From Pseudanabaena sp. UWO311 (lineage in GTDB: Bacteria > Cyanobacteriota > Cyanobacteriia > PCC-6307 > Cyanobiaceae): DNA of 32,000 bases. Under the pieces are notes generated by a model. The model saw nothing but the letters and a program-made list of their open reading frames with translations, was not told the origin of the DNA and did no database searches. Below are positions 8,404 through 17,553 of this stretch, in pieces (the first letter of the stretch is position 1; each line of letters starts with the position of its first letter). The stretch spans positions 118,214 through 150,213 of the forward strand of contig CALRQT020000008.1 in NCBI GenBank assembly GCA_943370385.1, read 5' to 3'. Position numbers and translations under genes: made by a program.

Positions 8404-10881
8404 ATGGCCGAGGAGCAGAACGGGCAGCGAATCCAACCGATCGCCCTGCATCAGGAGATGCAGCGTTCCTACCTCGAATACGCCATGAGCGTGATCGTGG
8501 GGAGGGCCCTTCCCGATGTGCGCGACGGCCTCAAGCCCGTGCAGCGCCGCATCCTGTTTGCGATGCAGGAACTGGGGCTCACCCCCGATCGTCCCTACCG
8601 CAAATGCGCCCGCGTCGTCGGCGACGTGCTCGGCAAGTACCACCCCCATGGCGACCAGGCCGTCTACGACGCCCTGGTGCGCCTGGTGCAGACCTTCGCC
8701 AGCCGCCATCCCCTGCTCGATGGCCACGGCAACTTCGGCTCGGTGGACGACGACCCACCGGCCGCCATGCGGTACACGGAAACGCGGCTGGCGCCGATCG
8801 CCAACGAAGCCTTACTCGATGAGATCGGTAGCGACACGGTTGATTTCGCGCCGAATTTCGATTCCTCCCAGCAGGAACCCACGGTCCTGCCGGCCCAATT
8901 GCCCTTCCTGATCCTGAACGGCTGCACCGGCATCGCCGTGGGCATGGCCACCAGCATTCCGCCCCACAACCTGGGCGAAGTGGTGGATGCCCTGATCGCC
9001 CTGATCCGCAAACCGGAACTCAGCGACGAGAAACTACTGGAGCTGGTTCCCGGGCCCGATTTTCCCACCGGCGGTGAAGTGCTGATCAGCAGCGGCCTGC
9101 GCGATACCTACCTGCTGGGTCGCGGCAGTATCGCCATGCGCGGTGTCGCCCACATCGAGGATGTGCAGCCCGGAAAGGGCCGCCATCGTCGCAGCGCCGT
9201 GATCATCACCGAATTACCCTACCAATTAAGCAAGGCGGGTTGGATTGAAAAACTGGCCGAACAAGTAAACGATGGCAAGATCACTGGCATCGCCGACATC
9301 CGCGATGAGAGTGATCGCGATGGCATGCGAGTTGTGATCGAATTGCGCCGCGATGCCGAGCCGGAAAAGGTATTAACCGAACTGCAACGACGCACCGCCC
9401 TACAAAGCAATTTCGGTGCCATTTTGCTGGCGCTGGTGGATGGCAAACCGCTGCAATTGTCCCTGCGGCAGCTGTTGCAGCATTTCCTCGACTACCGCGA
9501 ACTCACGATCATCCGCCGCACCCGCCATGCCCTGAAACGGGCTGAAGATCGGCTGGAGGTCGTTGAAGGCTTGATCATCGCCCTCGATGCCCTGCCCCAG
9601 GTGATCGCCATGATCAGCGGGGCCGCCGATGCGGCCAGTGCCAAGGCCAGCCTGCAGGTCCATCTCAATTTGAACGAACGCCAGGCCGATGCCGTTCTGG
9701 CGATGCCGCTACGGCGGCTCACCGGCCTGGAGCAAACCAGCCTGCGCAACGAAGCTGAAGATCTGCGCCAGGAGCGCAATCGCCTGCGCCACCTGCTCGA
9801 TGACCGCAGCACCCTGCTCGACACGATGGTGAGCGAATTCAAGGGGCTGAAAAAGCGCTACGCCACACCCCGGCGCACCCGCCTGATCGAAGGGGGCGAT
9901 GACCTGGTGGCCCAACGGGCTGCTGCAAGCCGTCCAACGGCGGAACTGCAACGGCAGAAAGCCCTGGAAGGACTCTCCAGCGATGGCAAGGTATTGATCC
10001 AGGCCGATGGCCAGGTGAAGATCGTGGCGCCCCAATTGCTGGGCCGCCTCCACCTCGATGAAGCCATCGAAGCGGGCGATCACCCGGCACCGGCCAGGCT
10101 GATCCTGCCAGTGAGTGAAAAACCGTCGCTGTTGGCCTTCACCAGCAGTGGCCGAGTGGCCCTACTGCGCTGGGAATTTGCCGGCCAGAACCCCGGAACC
10201 CTGGAGCAGTTCCTGCCCGATGGTCTGCTGGGTGAACGGGTGGTCCAGCTGCTGCCCCTGCCCAGCGATGACGCAGCGGGCCTAGGACTGCTGACCAGTG
10301 ATGGTCGCCTGAAGCGGTTGGCCCTGCAGGAGTTCCAGGAGCTTTCGGGCCGGGCCGCCACCGTACTCAAGCTCAAGGATGGAGTGGAACTGCGGCGGGT
10401 GGTGACCTGCCGAGATGGCGACAGCCTGGTGGTGGGCACGAGCACCGGCCGCCTGTTGCGCCTCCTGGTCGATGAGAGTGCCGTCCCAACCATGGGCCGC
10501 ACGGCCCAGGGGCCGGTCATGCTGCGACTCTTGCCTGGAGAAACGGTGGCTGGGGCCGCCTGCGGACCCGCCGATGGAGATCTGCTGCTAGCCACCCGCC
10601 GGGGCCAGATCAAACGGCTGCAAATCGCCAGCCTGCGCCTGGCTCAGCGGGGAGATCTGGGCCAAATTGGCCTGCACTTTGGCCAACGGGATGACCAGCT
10701 CAGCGACCTGCAGGACGGCACCTCCAAGCTGGTGGCCATCGTGCTGAAGGAGGGTCGCAGCCTCCGGCTGGCAACCCAATCCCTGGAAGCCCAGGATTGC
10801 AGCGGCGCCGGCGAAACTCTCTCCTTGAAAGCGGATGAAGCGATCAACGAACTGATTCCCCTCCTCCAAAGCAATTCCTGA
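8404..10881 (+). CDS. Type IIA topoisomerase subunit A paralog (GyrA/ParC family; ParC-like, no GyrA box seen)
   Basis: 825-aa ORF with [55 protein letters not shown] and the catalytic-Tyr motif AAMRYTE. The C-terminal repeat region lacks a QRRGGKG-type motif. Confidence 0.9.
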   Translation: MAEEQNGQRIQPIALHQEMQRSYLEYAMSVIVGRALPDVRDGLKPVQRRILFAMQELGLTPDRPYRKCARVVGDVLGKYHPHGDQAVYDALVRLVQTFASRHPLLDGHGNFGSVDDDPPAAMRYTETRLAPIANEALLDEIGSDTVDFAPNFDSSQQEPTVLPAQLPFLILNGCTGIAVGMATSIPPHNLGEVVDALIALIRKPELSDEKLLELVPGPDFPTGGEVLISSGLRDTYLLGRGSIAMRGVAHIEDVQPGKGRHRRSAVIITELPYQLSKAGWIEKLAEQVNDGKITGIADIRDESDRDGMRVVIELRRDAEPEKVLTELQRRTALQSNFGAILLALVDGKPLQLSLRQLLQHFLDYRELTIIRRTRHALKRAEDRLEVVEGLIIALDALPQVIAMISGAADAASAKASLQVHLNLNERQADAVLAMPLRRLTGLEQTSLRNEAEDLRQERNRLRHLLDDRSTLLDTMVSEFKGLKKRYATPRRTRLIEGGDDLVAQRAAASRPTAELQRQKALEGLSSDGKVLIQADGQVKIVAPQLLGRLHLDEAIEAGDHPAPARLILPVSEKPSLLAFTSSGRVALLRWEFAGQNPGTLEQFLPDGLLGERVVQLLPLPSDDAAGLGLLTSDGRLKRLALQEFQELSGRAATVLKLKDGVELRRVVTCRDGDSLVVGTSTGRLLRLLVDESAVPTMGRTAQGPVMLRLLPGETVAGAACGPADGDLLLATRRGQIKRLQIASLRLAQRGDLGQIGLHFGQRDDQLSDLQDGTSKLVAIVLKEGRSLRLATQSLEAQDCSGAGETLSLKADEAINELIPLLQSNS

Positions 10882-10967
10882 TCGCTTGAGGATGGGAAAC
10901 AGAAAATCTAATCATCGATACGGTCTTTCGCTTTCGCCCAAATAAAGGTCTTTTCAGGTTAAATCCT

Positions 10968-12476
10968 TTAAGCCTTCGCCACTAAAGTGGGTTCTAAGGT
11001 GAGTTTACTAGCACGCACGTCCTCATCCATGGGAATGGGATAGGCGCCGTCAAAACAGGCTGTGCAGAAGTGATTGGAATTATCCTGGGCCGCTTCCACC
11101 ATGCCTTGCTTACTCAAGTAGGCGAGCGAATCCACGCCTAGGTGGCGTTCAATCTCCGCCAGGGTCAAGCGGGCCGCGATCAACTGGTCCTGGGTGTCGG
11201 TATCGATTCCGTAGAAACAGGGATGGGTCACCGGCGGAGAACTGATGCGCATGTGCACCTCGGTGGCACCGGCGTCCCGCAGGGCGGCCACCAGCTTGCG
11301 GCTGGTGGTGCCGCGCACGATCGAATCATCGATCACCACGACCCGCTTGCCAGAAAGCACATCGGGCAAGGGATTGAGCTTGACGCGAATACCGGCCTCA
11401 CGCATGGCCTGGGTCGGCTGGATGAAGGTGCGACCGACATAGCGGTTCTTAATCAGGCCATCGGCAAAGGGAATGCCACTTGCCTGGGAGTAGCCAATGG
11501 CAGCCGGGATTCCTGAATCGGGAACCCCAATCACAATGTCAGCCTCTTGTGGCGTTTCCCGCGCCAGGATTTCGCCGATTCTCACCCGATAGCTATAGAG
11601 GGATTCACCAAAAAAGCGACTATCAGGCCTAGCAAAATAGATCATCTCGAAGATGCAGAGCTTGGCAGGCTCTTCACACCAAATCTGACGTAATGGCGTT
11701 GGATCGCCGGCACGGAAATGGATTAATTCACCAGGCTTGACATCATCTAAATAGCTGGCACCAATAATATCGAGTCCGCAGGTTTCACTGCTGGCGACCC
11801 AGTGACCCTGCTCCGGCTCCCCCAGGCGACCAAAAACCAGGGGCCGAATGCCATGGCCATCGCGCAGGGCAAACAGGCCCTCGGGAGTTCCAATCACCAG
11901 GCTAAAAGCCCCTTTACAGAGGCCCGCGGCCGCCACAATCGCCGCCTGCCAATCAAGACCGCCATCAACCGCCTGCTGGAGGGCAAAGGCAATCAATTCC
12001 GAATCGGTGGTGGAGGTGAATTCCACGGCAGTGGCCGTAGCCAGGGCCGTGGCCGCAATCGATCGGTTCAGGTCGGCCGCATTCACCAAGTTGCCGTTAT
12101 GGGCCAAGGCAAAGGGCCCGAGCCGGGTCATCAACACCACTGGCTGGGCGTTGCAAACTTTGCTGCTGCCGGTGGTCGAATAGCGGTTGTGGCCGATCGC
12201 TAGATCACCGGGCAGGCGCTCCAGCACCTCCTGGTCAAACACCTGGCTGACCAGGCCCATGTCCTTGTGCAGGCAAACCTTGGCGCCCTGGAAGGCGGCA
12301 ATCCCCGCCGATTCCTGGCCCCGGTGCTGCAGGGCATAGAGCCCGAAATAGGTGAGGTTGGCGACCGCCTGCCCCGGGGCCAGCACGGCAAACACGCCAC
12401 AGGCTTCTTCAGGCTTATCAGGCCGTTCAGGCTGCTCGAACGGCACTGACAAATCGTCCCTCTGCAAGAAACCCAT
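10968..12476 (-). CDS. purF: Amidophosphoribosyltransferase
   Basis: 502-aa ORF with a propeptide followed by the nucleophile Cys (EEACGVFAV). Also present are YALQHRGQESAGIA, the PRPP-binding VVVIDDSIVRGTTS and C-terminal Fe-S cysteines (PCFYGID, CTACFDG). Confidence 0.95.
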   Translation of the reverse strand: MGFLQRDDLSVPFEQPERPDKPEEACGVFAVLAPGQAVANLTYFGLYALQHRGQESAGIAAFQGAKVCLHKDMGLVSQVFDQEVLERLPGDLAIGHNRYSTTGSSKVCNAQPVVLMTRLGPFALAHNGNLVNAADLNRSIAATALATATAVEFTSTTDSELIAFALQQAVDGGLDWQAAIVAAAGLCKGAFSLVIGTPEGLFALRDGHGIRPLVFGRLGEPEQGHWVASSETCGLDIIGASYLDDVKPGELIHFRAGDPTPLRQIWCEEPAKLCIFEMIYFARPDSRFFGESLYSYRVRIGEILARETPQEADIVIGVPDSGIPAAIGYSQASGIPFADGLIKNRYVGRTFIQPTQAMREAGIRVKLNPLPDVLSGKRVVVIDDSIVRGTTSRKLVAALRDAGATEVHMRISSPPVTHPCFYGIDTDTQDQLIAARLTLAEIERHLGVDSLAYLSKQGMVEAAQDNSNHFCTACFDGAYPIPMDEDVRASKLTLEPTLVAKA

Positions 12477-12482
12477 TCTGCC

Positions 12483-14846
12483 TCAGACCCCGGTTGCCAT
12501 CCGCCGGGGGATCGCCTGCTCATAACTCTCCTTGAGCTCACTGATCGGCAGCTGCACCAAGGCCTGATCCGCCTGGCTGATCACCAGTTCAGCGCTCGCC
12601 TGCACCTGGCCCAACCGTTGGGCGGGAATGGCCGGGCCTGCGCCACCGGCTTGGTCGAGGGCCTGCTGCCAGACTTGGGCCTGCTCTGGGGCCACGCTCA
12701 CGAGGATGCGGGCACCGCCTTCGGCAAACAGGAGGCGATCCGGGCGGATGGTGCCAGCAGGAACCTCAACGTTCACCCCCAGGCCCGAGGCCATGCAGGC
12801 TTCGGCCAGGGCCACGGCCAGTCCGCCATCGGCCAGGTCATGGGCACTGGCCACCAGACCGGCAGAGATCGCCTGGCGCAGGAAGGCCTGCACCCCCCTT
12901 TCCAGGTCCAGATCAACCAAAGGCGGCCGGCCCGTGAGCAGGCCGTGAATGCACTCCAGGTAACTGGTGCCCGCCAGGGTCAGCCGGTCATCCAGAGCCG
13001 GGGTCCCAGGGCCAGCTGGGGCCTCCAAGGGAACGCCTAGGAGCCAAATGGCGGCGCCAGCTTGCTGCCAGGCCAGGCCCGTGACCTGGGCCAGGTCGTG
13101 GACCAGGCCAACCATGCCCACCACGGGGGTGGGATGGATGGGCTGCATGCGGCCATCGGGCAGGCGGGTCTCGTTGTAGAGGGAGACGTTGCCGCCGGTC
13201 ACGGGGGTGTCCAGGGCGCTACAGGCTGCCGAAAGGCCCTTACAGGCCATGGCCAACTGCCAATAGCCCGTGTCCGTGTCTGGCGAGGGGAAATTGAGGT
13301 TGTCGGTGACGGCCAGGGGTTCGGCGCCGACGCAGCTGAGGTTGCGGGCGGCCTCGGCCACCGCCGCCATGGCGCCGCGCTCGGGGTCCAGGGCCACCCA
13401 GCGGTTGGGACAATCCACCACCGCCGCCACGCCGCGGCTAGCCGTCTCCATCGCCCAAGCGCCCTGTTGGGGCCGCAGGCGCACCACGGCCGCATCGGCG
13501 CCGCCGGGGGGCACCACGGTGTTGGCCTGCACCTGCTGGTCGTACTGGCGGTAGACCCAGCGCTTGCTGGCGATGGTGGGGTCATCGAGCAGGGCCAAGA
13601 GCACCTGGTTCCAACTGCGGGAACCGATCCCTGCCGCGCTGGCGACAGGCAGCTGGTCCTCCGACCAGCGCCAATGGGCCTGGATGTCAGCTGGCGGTTC
13701 GCTGATCAAGGTGTGCTGGTTAATCGGCGTGTCATCGGCCAGGGCATTGGCGGGCACTTCAGCGGCCACCTCGCCGTGCTGGAGCACGCGCACCACGTTC
13801 TCGGCCAGGACCCGGCCCACCACGGCCGCCTGCAGGCCCCAACGGCGGAAGCGGGCCATCAGGGCCTCTTCGCGGCCCTTGGCCACCACGAACAACATGC
13901 GCTCCTGGGATTCCGAGAGCAGGAACTCGTAGGCCGTCATGCCCTGCTCCCGGGCCGGCACCAAATCGAGATCGAGCTCCACCCCCACGCCGCCCTTGGC
14001 GGCCATCTCCGAGCAACTGCAGGTGAGGCCGGCGGCGCCCATGTCCTGGGCCGCCACCACATCGCCGCTCTGGAAGGCCTCCAGGCAGGCCTCAATCAGC
14101 CCCTTCTCCAGGAAGGGATCGCCCACCTGCACGGCGGGCCGGTCATCGAGGGAGGCTTCGGTGAGTTCGGCGCTGGCAAAACTGGCGCCGCCCATGCCAT
14201 CTCGGCCCGTGGTGCTGCCCACGTACACCACCGGATTGCCAACGCCACTGGCGCCCGAGCGCACGATGTCCTCGGTTTCCATCAGCCCCAGGGCCATGGC
14301 ATTCACCAGGGGGTTGCCGCTGTAGCTGGGATCAAAGGCCACCTCACCGCCCACGGTCGGCACGCCAACGCAGTTGCCGTAATGGGCGATGCCGGCCACC
14401 ACCCCTTCCATCAGGCCCACGTTGCGGTCCTCCTCCAGGGGACCAAAACGCAGGGCATTGAGTAGGGCGATCGGCCGGGCCCCCATGGTGAAGATGTCCC
14501 GCAAGATGCCGCCCACCCCAGTGGCCGCCCCCTGGAACGGCTCCACCGCTGAAGGGTGGTTGTGGCTTTCAATCTTGAAGGCCAATCGCTGGCCCTCGCC
14601 CAGGTCCACAACGCCGGCGTTCTCGCCCGGTCCCACCAGAATGCGGGGGCCGGTGATGGGGAACTGGCCCAGCAGGGGCCTGGAGTTGCGGTAGCAGCAA
14701 TGCTCCGACCACATCACCCCAAACATGCCCAGCTCGGCCCGGTTTGGTTCCCGCCCGAGCCGGCGCACGATTTCGTCGTAGTCGGCCTGGCTGAGGCCCT
14801 CCTTGCGCAGTGCCTCGGCAAGCGAAAAGGGCGGTGTGGCGACCAC
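12483..14846 (-). CDS. purL: Phosphoribosylformylglycinamidine synthase subunit PurL
   Basis: 787-aa ORF with [42 protein letters not shown] and the duplicated AIR-synthase-like domains typical of small PurL. Its stop is 7 nt upstream of the purF start. Confidence 0.95.
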   Translation of the reverse strand: MVATPPFSLAEALRKEGLSQADYDEIVRRLGREPNRAELGMFGVMWSEHCCYRNSRPLLGQFPITGPRILVGPGENAGVVDLGEGQRLAFKIESHNHPSAVEPFQGAATGVGGILRDIFTMGARPIALLNALRFGPLEEDRNVGLMEGVVAGIAHYGNCVGVPTVGGEVAFDPSYSGNPLVNAMALGLMETEDIVRSGASGVGNPVVYVGSTTGRDGMGGASFASAELTEASLDDRPAVQVGDPFLEKGLIEACLEAFQSGDVVAAQDMGAAGLTCSCSEMAAKGGVGVELDLDLVPAREQGMTAYEFLLSESQERMLFVVAKGREEALMARFRRWGLQAAVVGRVLAENVVRVLQHGEVAAEVPANALADDTPINQHTLISEPPADIQAHWRWSEDQLPVASAAGIGSRSWNQVLLALLDDPTIASKRWVYRQYDQQVQANTVVPPGGADAAVVRLRPQQGAWAMETASRGVAAVVDCPNRWVALDPERGAMAAVAEAARNLSCVGAEPLAVTDNLNFPSPDTDTGYWQLAMACKGLSAACSALDTPVTGGNVSLYNETRLPDGRMQPIHPTPVVGMVGLVHDLAQVTGLAWQQAGAAIWLLGVPLEAPAGPGTPALDDRLTLAGTSYLECIHGLLTGRPPLVDLDLERGVQAFLRQAISAGLVASAHDLADGGLAVALAEACMASGLGVNVEVPAGTIRPDRLLFAEGGARILVSVAPEQAQVWQQALDQAGGAGPAIPAQRLGQVQASAELVISQADQALVQLPISELKESYEQAIPRRMATGV

Positions 14847-14917
14847 AGCAGCGAAGCAGATGGCCCCACTCTGGCTGAGGGCCCTACCGGCTGGTGGGAC
14901 CAGGGCCTGGAACCGAC

Positions 14918-15772
14918 CTAGATCCAGGGATCCTCATCGGAGTCGGGGTCCTGGCCCGGGGCGGGGCGTTGACGGGGATCCGGACGGGACGGGGAGCGGC
15001 GATCGCCAGGAGGGTCGTAGCGGCTGCCATAGGGATCCGGATCTGGATCCTCACCCCAGGCTTCCCAAGCCCCATGGCTGTCTACGGAGGAGTGGCTGGC
15101 CCCATAGGGGGAGCGGCGGGGCGAATCGGGACCATCGGGCTCCTCCAACCAGCCCTCAAGCCGTTCCTCAAAGCGACCGCCCACCTCTTGAAACTGGTCC
15201 CGCAGGCGGGAGGTTTCCTCGCCGATCTGGTCCCGCCAGCGACGGGAGCGGCGCAGGAATTCCTGACGCACGCTGGCCCGGGCCAGGGGGAGTTCATCCA
15301 GTTGGCTTAGGGCGGTGACCACCTGGCCCGGTTGCTGATCCAGCAGGCGATCGGGGGTGAGGCGCCAGCGGCTACTGCCGGGAAGCCTCGGGTCACTGCG
15401 GGCTACTAGGTAGTGGAGGATGCGGCCGCTGCTGAGCTCCACGGCCGCATCGGCAACGCTGCCCAGCACCTGGCCCTGCTGGCCAATTAAGGCGGCATCG
15501 ATCAAGGTCGGCAGCCGTTCGACCGTGAGCAGGTCGGTGTCGGCCCCCTCGCCCTGGACGAACAGCTCCTGTTCGCCCAGGCCACGCAACTGGTTCAGGC
15601 GCCAGGCCAGGCGCTTGGAGCCAAAATTGCTCGGTTTGCTGATCCAGCCCAACAGGCGATGCACCGGCGGATGCATCCACGCCAACACGCCAATGCCGTG
15701 CTCATGGCCTTCCTCGCAGCGCACCTGGCGCCGCAACAGGTCGCTGAGGAGCAATTGGTCGGGCAGGGCCAT
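14918..15772 (-). CDS. Conserved hypothetical protein with two PRC-barrel-like segments and an acidic Pro/Asp-rich C-terminal tail
   Basis: 284-aa ORF. PRC-barrel-like stretches are [27 protein letters not shown] and [30 protein letters not shown]. The tail is [28 protein letters not shown]. It occupies the slot between dnaN and purL, as the second gene of Prochlorococcus genomes does (from memory). Confidence 0.6.
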   Translation of the reverse strand: MALPDQLLLSDLLRRQVRCEEGHEHGIGVLAWMHPPVHRLLGWISKPSNFGSKRLAWRLNQLRGLGEQELFVQGEGADTDLLTVERLPTLIDAALIGQQGQVLGSVADAAVELSSGRILHYLVARSDPRLPGSSRWRLTPDRLLDQQPGQVVTALSQLDELPLARASVRQEFLRRSRRWRDQIGEETSRLRDQFQEVGGRFEERLEGWLEEPDGPDSPRRSPYGASHSSVDSHGAWEAWGEDPDPDPYGSRYDPPGDRRSPSRPDPRQRPAPGQDPDSDEDPWI

Positions 15773-15802
15773 GGAATCAACGTTGGCGTCTGGTGAAGGG
15801 GC

Positions 15803-16969
15803 TCAGCTCCGGATCTGAACCGGCATCACCAGGTAGGTGAAGCCAGGCTCACCCACGGGCACCAGGATCACCGGCGTGGTGGGGGCATTGCAATGGAGCT
15901 CCACCTGGTCAGCGGCGATCGCTTTCAAACCATCGATCAGGTAACGCACGTTGAAGGCAATTTGGATCGCCTCGCCACTCACCACCGCCGCCAGGCTCTC
16001 GGAACCACTGCCCACGTCCTGGGCGTCGGCACTGATCAACAACTGGCCGGCCAGGGGATCACTGACGATCTTGACGACGTTGTTGTGTTGATCGGCCAGC
16101 ACCGCCACCCGCTCCAGGGCGGCGATCAGGGCCCGGCGATCCACCTGCAGCTGGCGACTGAAGCTGTCTGGGATCAACTGGCGGTAGTTGGGGTAGGTGC
16201 CATCGAGGCTGCGACTCGTGAGCACCTGATCCGACCAGAGGAACACCACCTGGCCCCGATCGCAGAACAGGCTCACCGGTTCGCCCGACTGGCGGGCCGA
16301 GAGCAGGCGCTCCAGTTCCCGCAGGGAGCGGGCCGGCACGGTGACGTCCACCGAGTTGGCGTCGGTGCCAGCGGAAGCACCCCCAGGCGCGCCCTGTTCG
16401 GGCAGGGCGTGGTTGAGCTTGAGCACGGCCAGGCGATGGCCATCGGTAGCGGCGCATTCCAGGCCCTGGCCGTCTAGGCCCAGGTGCACCCCAGTGAGAA
16501 TCTGCTTGGCCTCATCGCTGCTGCTGGCAAACAGGGTGGCCCGCAAGCCCTTCACCAGCACCTGGGGATCCAATCGGATCGGTTCACCGCTCTGGACCAG
16601 GGGCAGGTCGGGGAAATCGTCCGCCGGCATGCCCCGCATCTGGTAGGTGCCCGAGCTGCTGGTCAGATCCACCTGCTCGCTGCCTTCGTCGCTGCTGAGG
16701 GTGATCGGGCTATCGGCAGAAAGGCGCGACACGATCTCGCCAAACATCTTGGCGGGCAGGGTGATGGCGCCACTGGTCTCAACGGCGGCGGCCAGACTGG
16801 TCTGGATGCCAAGGCTGAGATCAAAGCCGGTGAGGCTGAGCCGGCCCGTGCCGGCGTCGGCCGTGAGCAACACATTGGCCAGGACCGGATGGGTCGGGCG
16901 ACTGGCTACGGCGCGGCTGACCAGTTGCAGGCTGGCGCTGAGTTCGGCCTGGGAGCAAACCAGCTTCAT
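15803..16969 (-). CDS. dnaN: DNA polymerase III beta sliding clamp
   Basis: The track ORF is 15803..17020. The ATG at 16969 gives the typical N-terminus MKLVCSQAELSASLQLVSRAV..RPTHPVLANVLL. The three-domain length (388 aa) and the C-terminus YLVMPVQIR fit DnaN. Confidence 0.95.
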   Translation of the reverse strand: MKLVCSQAELSASLQLVSRAVASRPTHPVLANVLLTADAGTGRLSLTGFDLSLGIQTSLAAAVETSGAITLPAKMFGEIVSRLSADSPITLSSDEGSEQVDLTSSSGTYQMRGMPADDFPDLPLVQSGEPIRLDPQVLVKGLRATLFASSSDEAKQILTGVHLGLDGQGLECAATDGHRLAVLKLNHALPEQGAPGGASAGTDANSVDVTVPARSLRELERLLSARQSGEPVSLFCDRGQVVFLWSDQVLTSRSLDGTYPNYRQLIPDSFSRQLQVDRRALIAALERVAVLADQHNNVVKIVSDPLAGQLLISADAQDVGSGSESLAAVVSGEAIQIAFNVRYLIDGLKAIAADQVELHCNAPTTPVILVPVGEPGFTYLVMPVQIRS

Positions 16970-17101
16970 GGGCCAGCGCAAGGGGACCCCCACGCTTCCA
17001 CAGGGCCGGCCTAAGCGCAACGGTCCGGCTTGTCGGCTTCCCGTCCCTTCTTCTGATTAATGGATTGATCTCTTAAACAAAGAAGCAATCCAGTAGCAGT
17101 A

Positions 17102-17117
17102 GGGGCTGGGGAAAACA
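17102..17117 (+). repeat. Direct repeat copy 1 (GGGGCTGGGGAAAACA)
   Basis: Exact 16-bp match to 17221-17236. It contains the TGGGGAAAA box-like motif. Confidence 0.9.
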
Positions 17118-17220
17118 GGGAAAACCTCAATAAGCCTGATAGCTACTACGGTTTTACCAATTCAGGACAGGGAAAAGCAATTCCCATCATCGTAAAAACA
17201 ACCGTTTTCCACTTTTTCCC

Positions 17221-17236
17221 GGGGCTGGGGAAAACA
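17221..17236 (+). repeat. Direct repeat copy 2 (GGGGCTGGGGAAAACA)
   Basis: Exact 16-bp match to 17102-17117, with 119 bp centre-to-centre spacing. Confidence 0.9.
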
Positions 17237-17343
17237 ATGACCCATGGGGGAGATTGTTCTTCCGTTTTTTTCCCAGGTTCGGCCCGGCCCAATCCCCAGC
17301 CTTTCCATCGGCCGGTTCCCCAGTTGGTTAGGCCAAAAGTCAC

Positions 17344-17371
17344 AAAAAAGGGCTCACCCTTCGGTGAGCCC
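17344..17371 (-). terminator. Rho-independent terminator (minus strand)
   Basis: The plus strand reads AAAAAA-GGGCTCACC-CTTC-GGTGAGCCC. On the minus strand this is a perfect 9-bp GC-rich stem with a GAAG loop followed by UUUUUU. It lies 183 nt downstream of the thrC stop and just before the DnaA-box cluster. Confidence 0.75.
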
Positions 17372-17553
17372 AATCAAGCCCCCATGGCGTTGAACCGTTT
17401 TCCAGCCGGATCGCCCCCATAGCGGGTCTGTTGGAGCCTGCGCTAGGGGTGTTGCCCCCCCTTTGGGAGGGGCGGTTTCAGACAGGCCTGGCTTAACGCC
17501 CGGGGCACCAGGCTGGGGCGAAGGGTTGGTTGTCGGTGTCGATGGGCCCGAAC

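Larger units (their letters stand above)
17046..17406. other. Candidate chromosomal replication origin (oriC): DnaA-box-like cluster plus an AT-rich tract upstream of dnaN
   Basis: There are eight TTTTCC-core motifs. Four are on the plus strand: 17205-17213 TTTTCCACT, 17214-17222 TTTTCCCGG, 17268-17276 TTTTCCCAG and 17398-17406 TTTTCCAGC. Four read as the complement: 17107-17115 and 17226-17234 TGGGGAAAA, and 17116-17124 and 17168-17176 CAGGGAAAA. An AT-rich tract at 17051-17100 has 17/50 GC by hand count. The location next to dnaN is the usual cyanobacterial oriC position. Confidence 0.55.

Noticed and set aside
13062-14465. 467-aa plus-strand ORF
   Set aside because: It is antisense to purL. 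The sequence is Gly/His/Ala-rich with no recognisable motifs.
17102-17240. Possible tmRNA (ssrA) because of the GGGGCUG start-like sequence and the known permuted tmRNAs of this lineage
   Set aside because: I found no tag-peptide reading frame of the ANNIV...AA type, no T-arm/acceptor pairing and no CCA-proximal 3' element. The GGGGCTG is simply part of the duplicated 16-mer.
17146-17422. 75-aa (minus) and 61-aa (plus) ORFs inside the dnaN-thrC spacer
   Set aside because: They run straight through the terminator hairpin and the DnaA-box repeats. They have odd composition and no signal of real coding.
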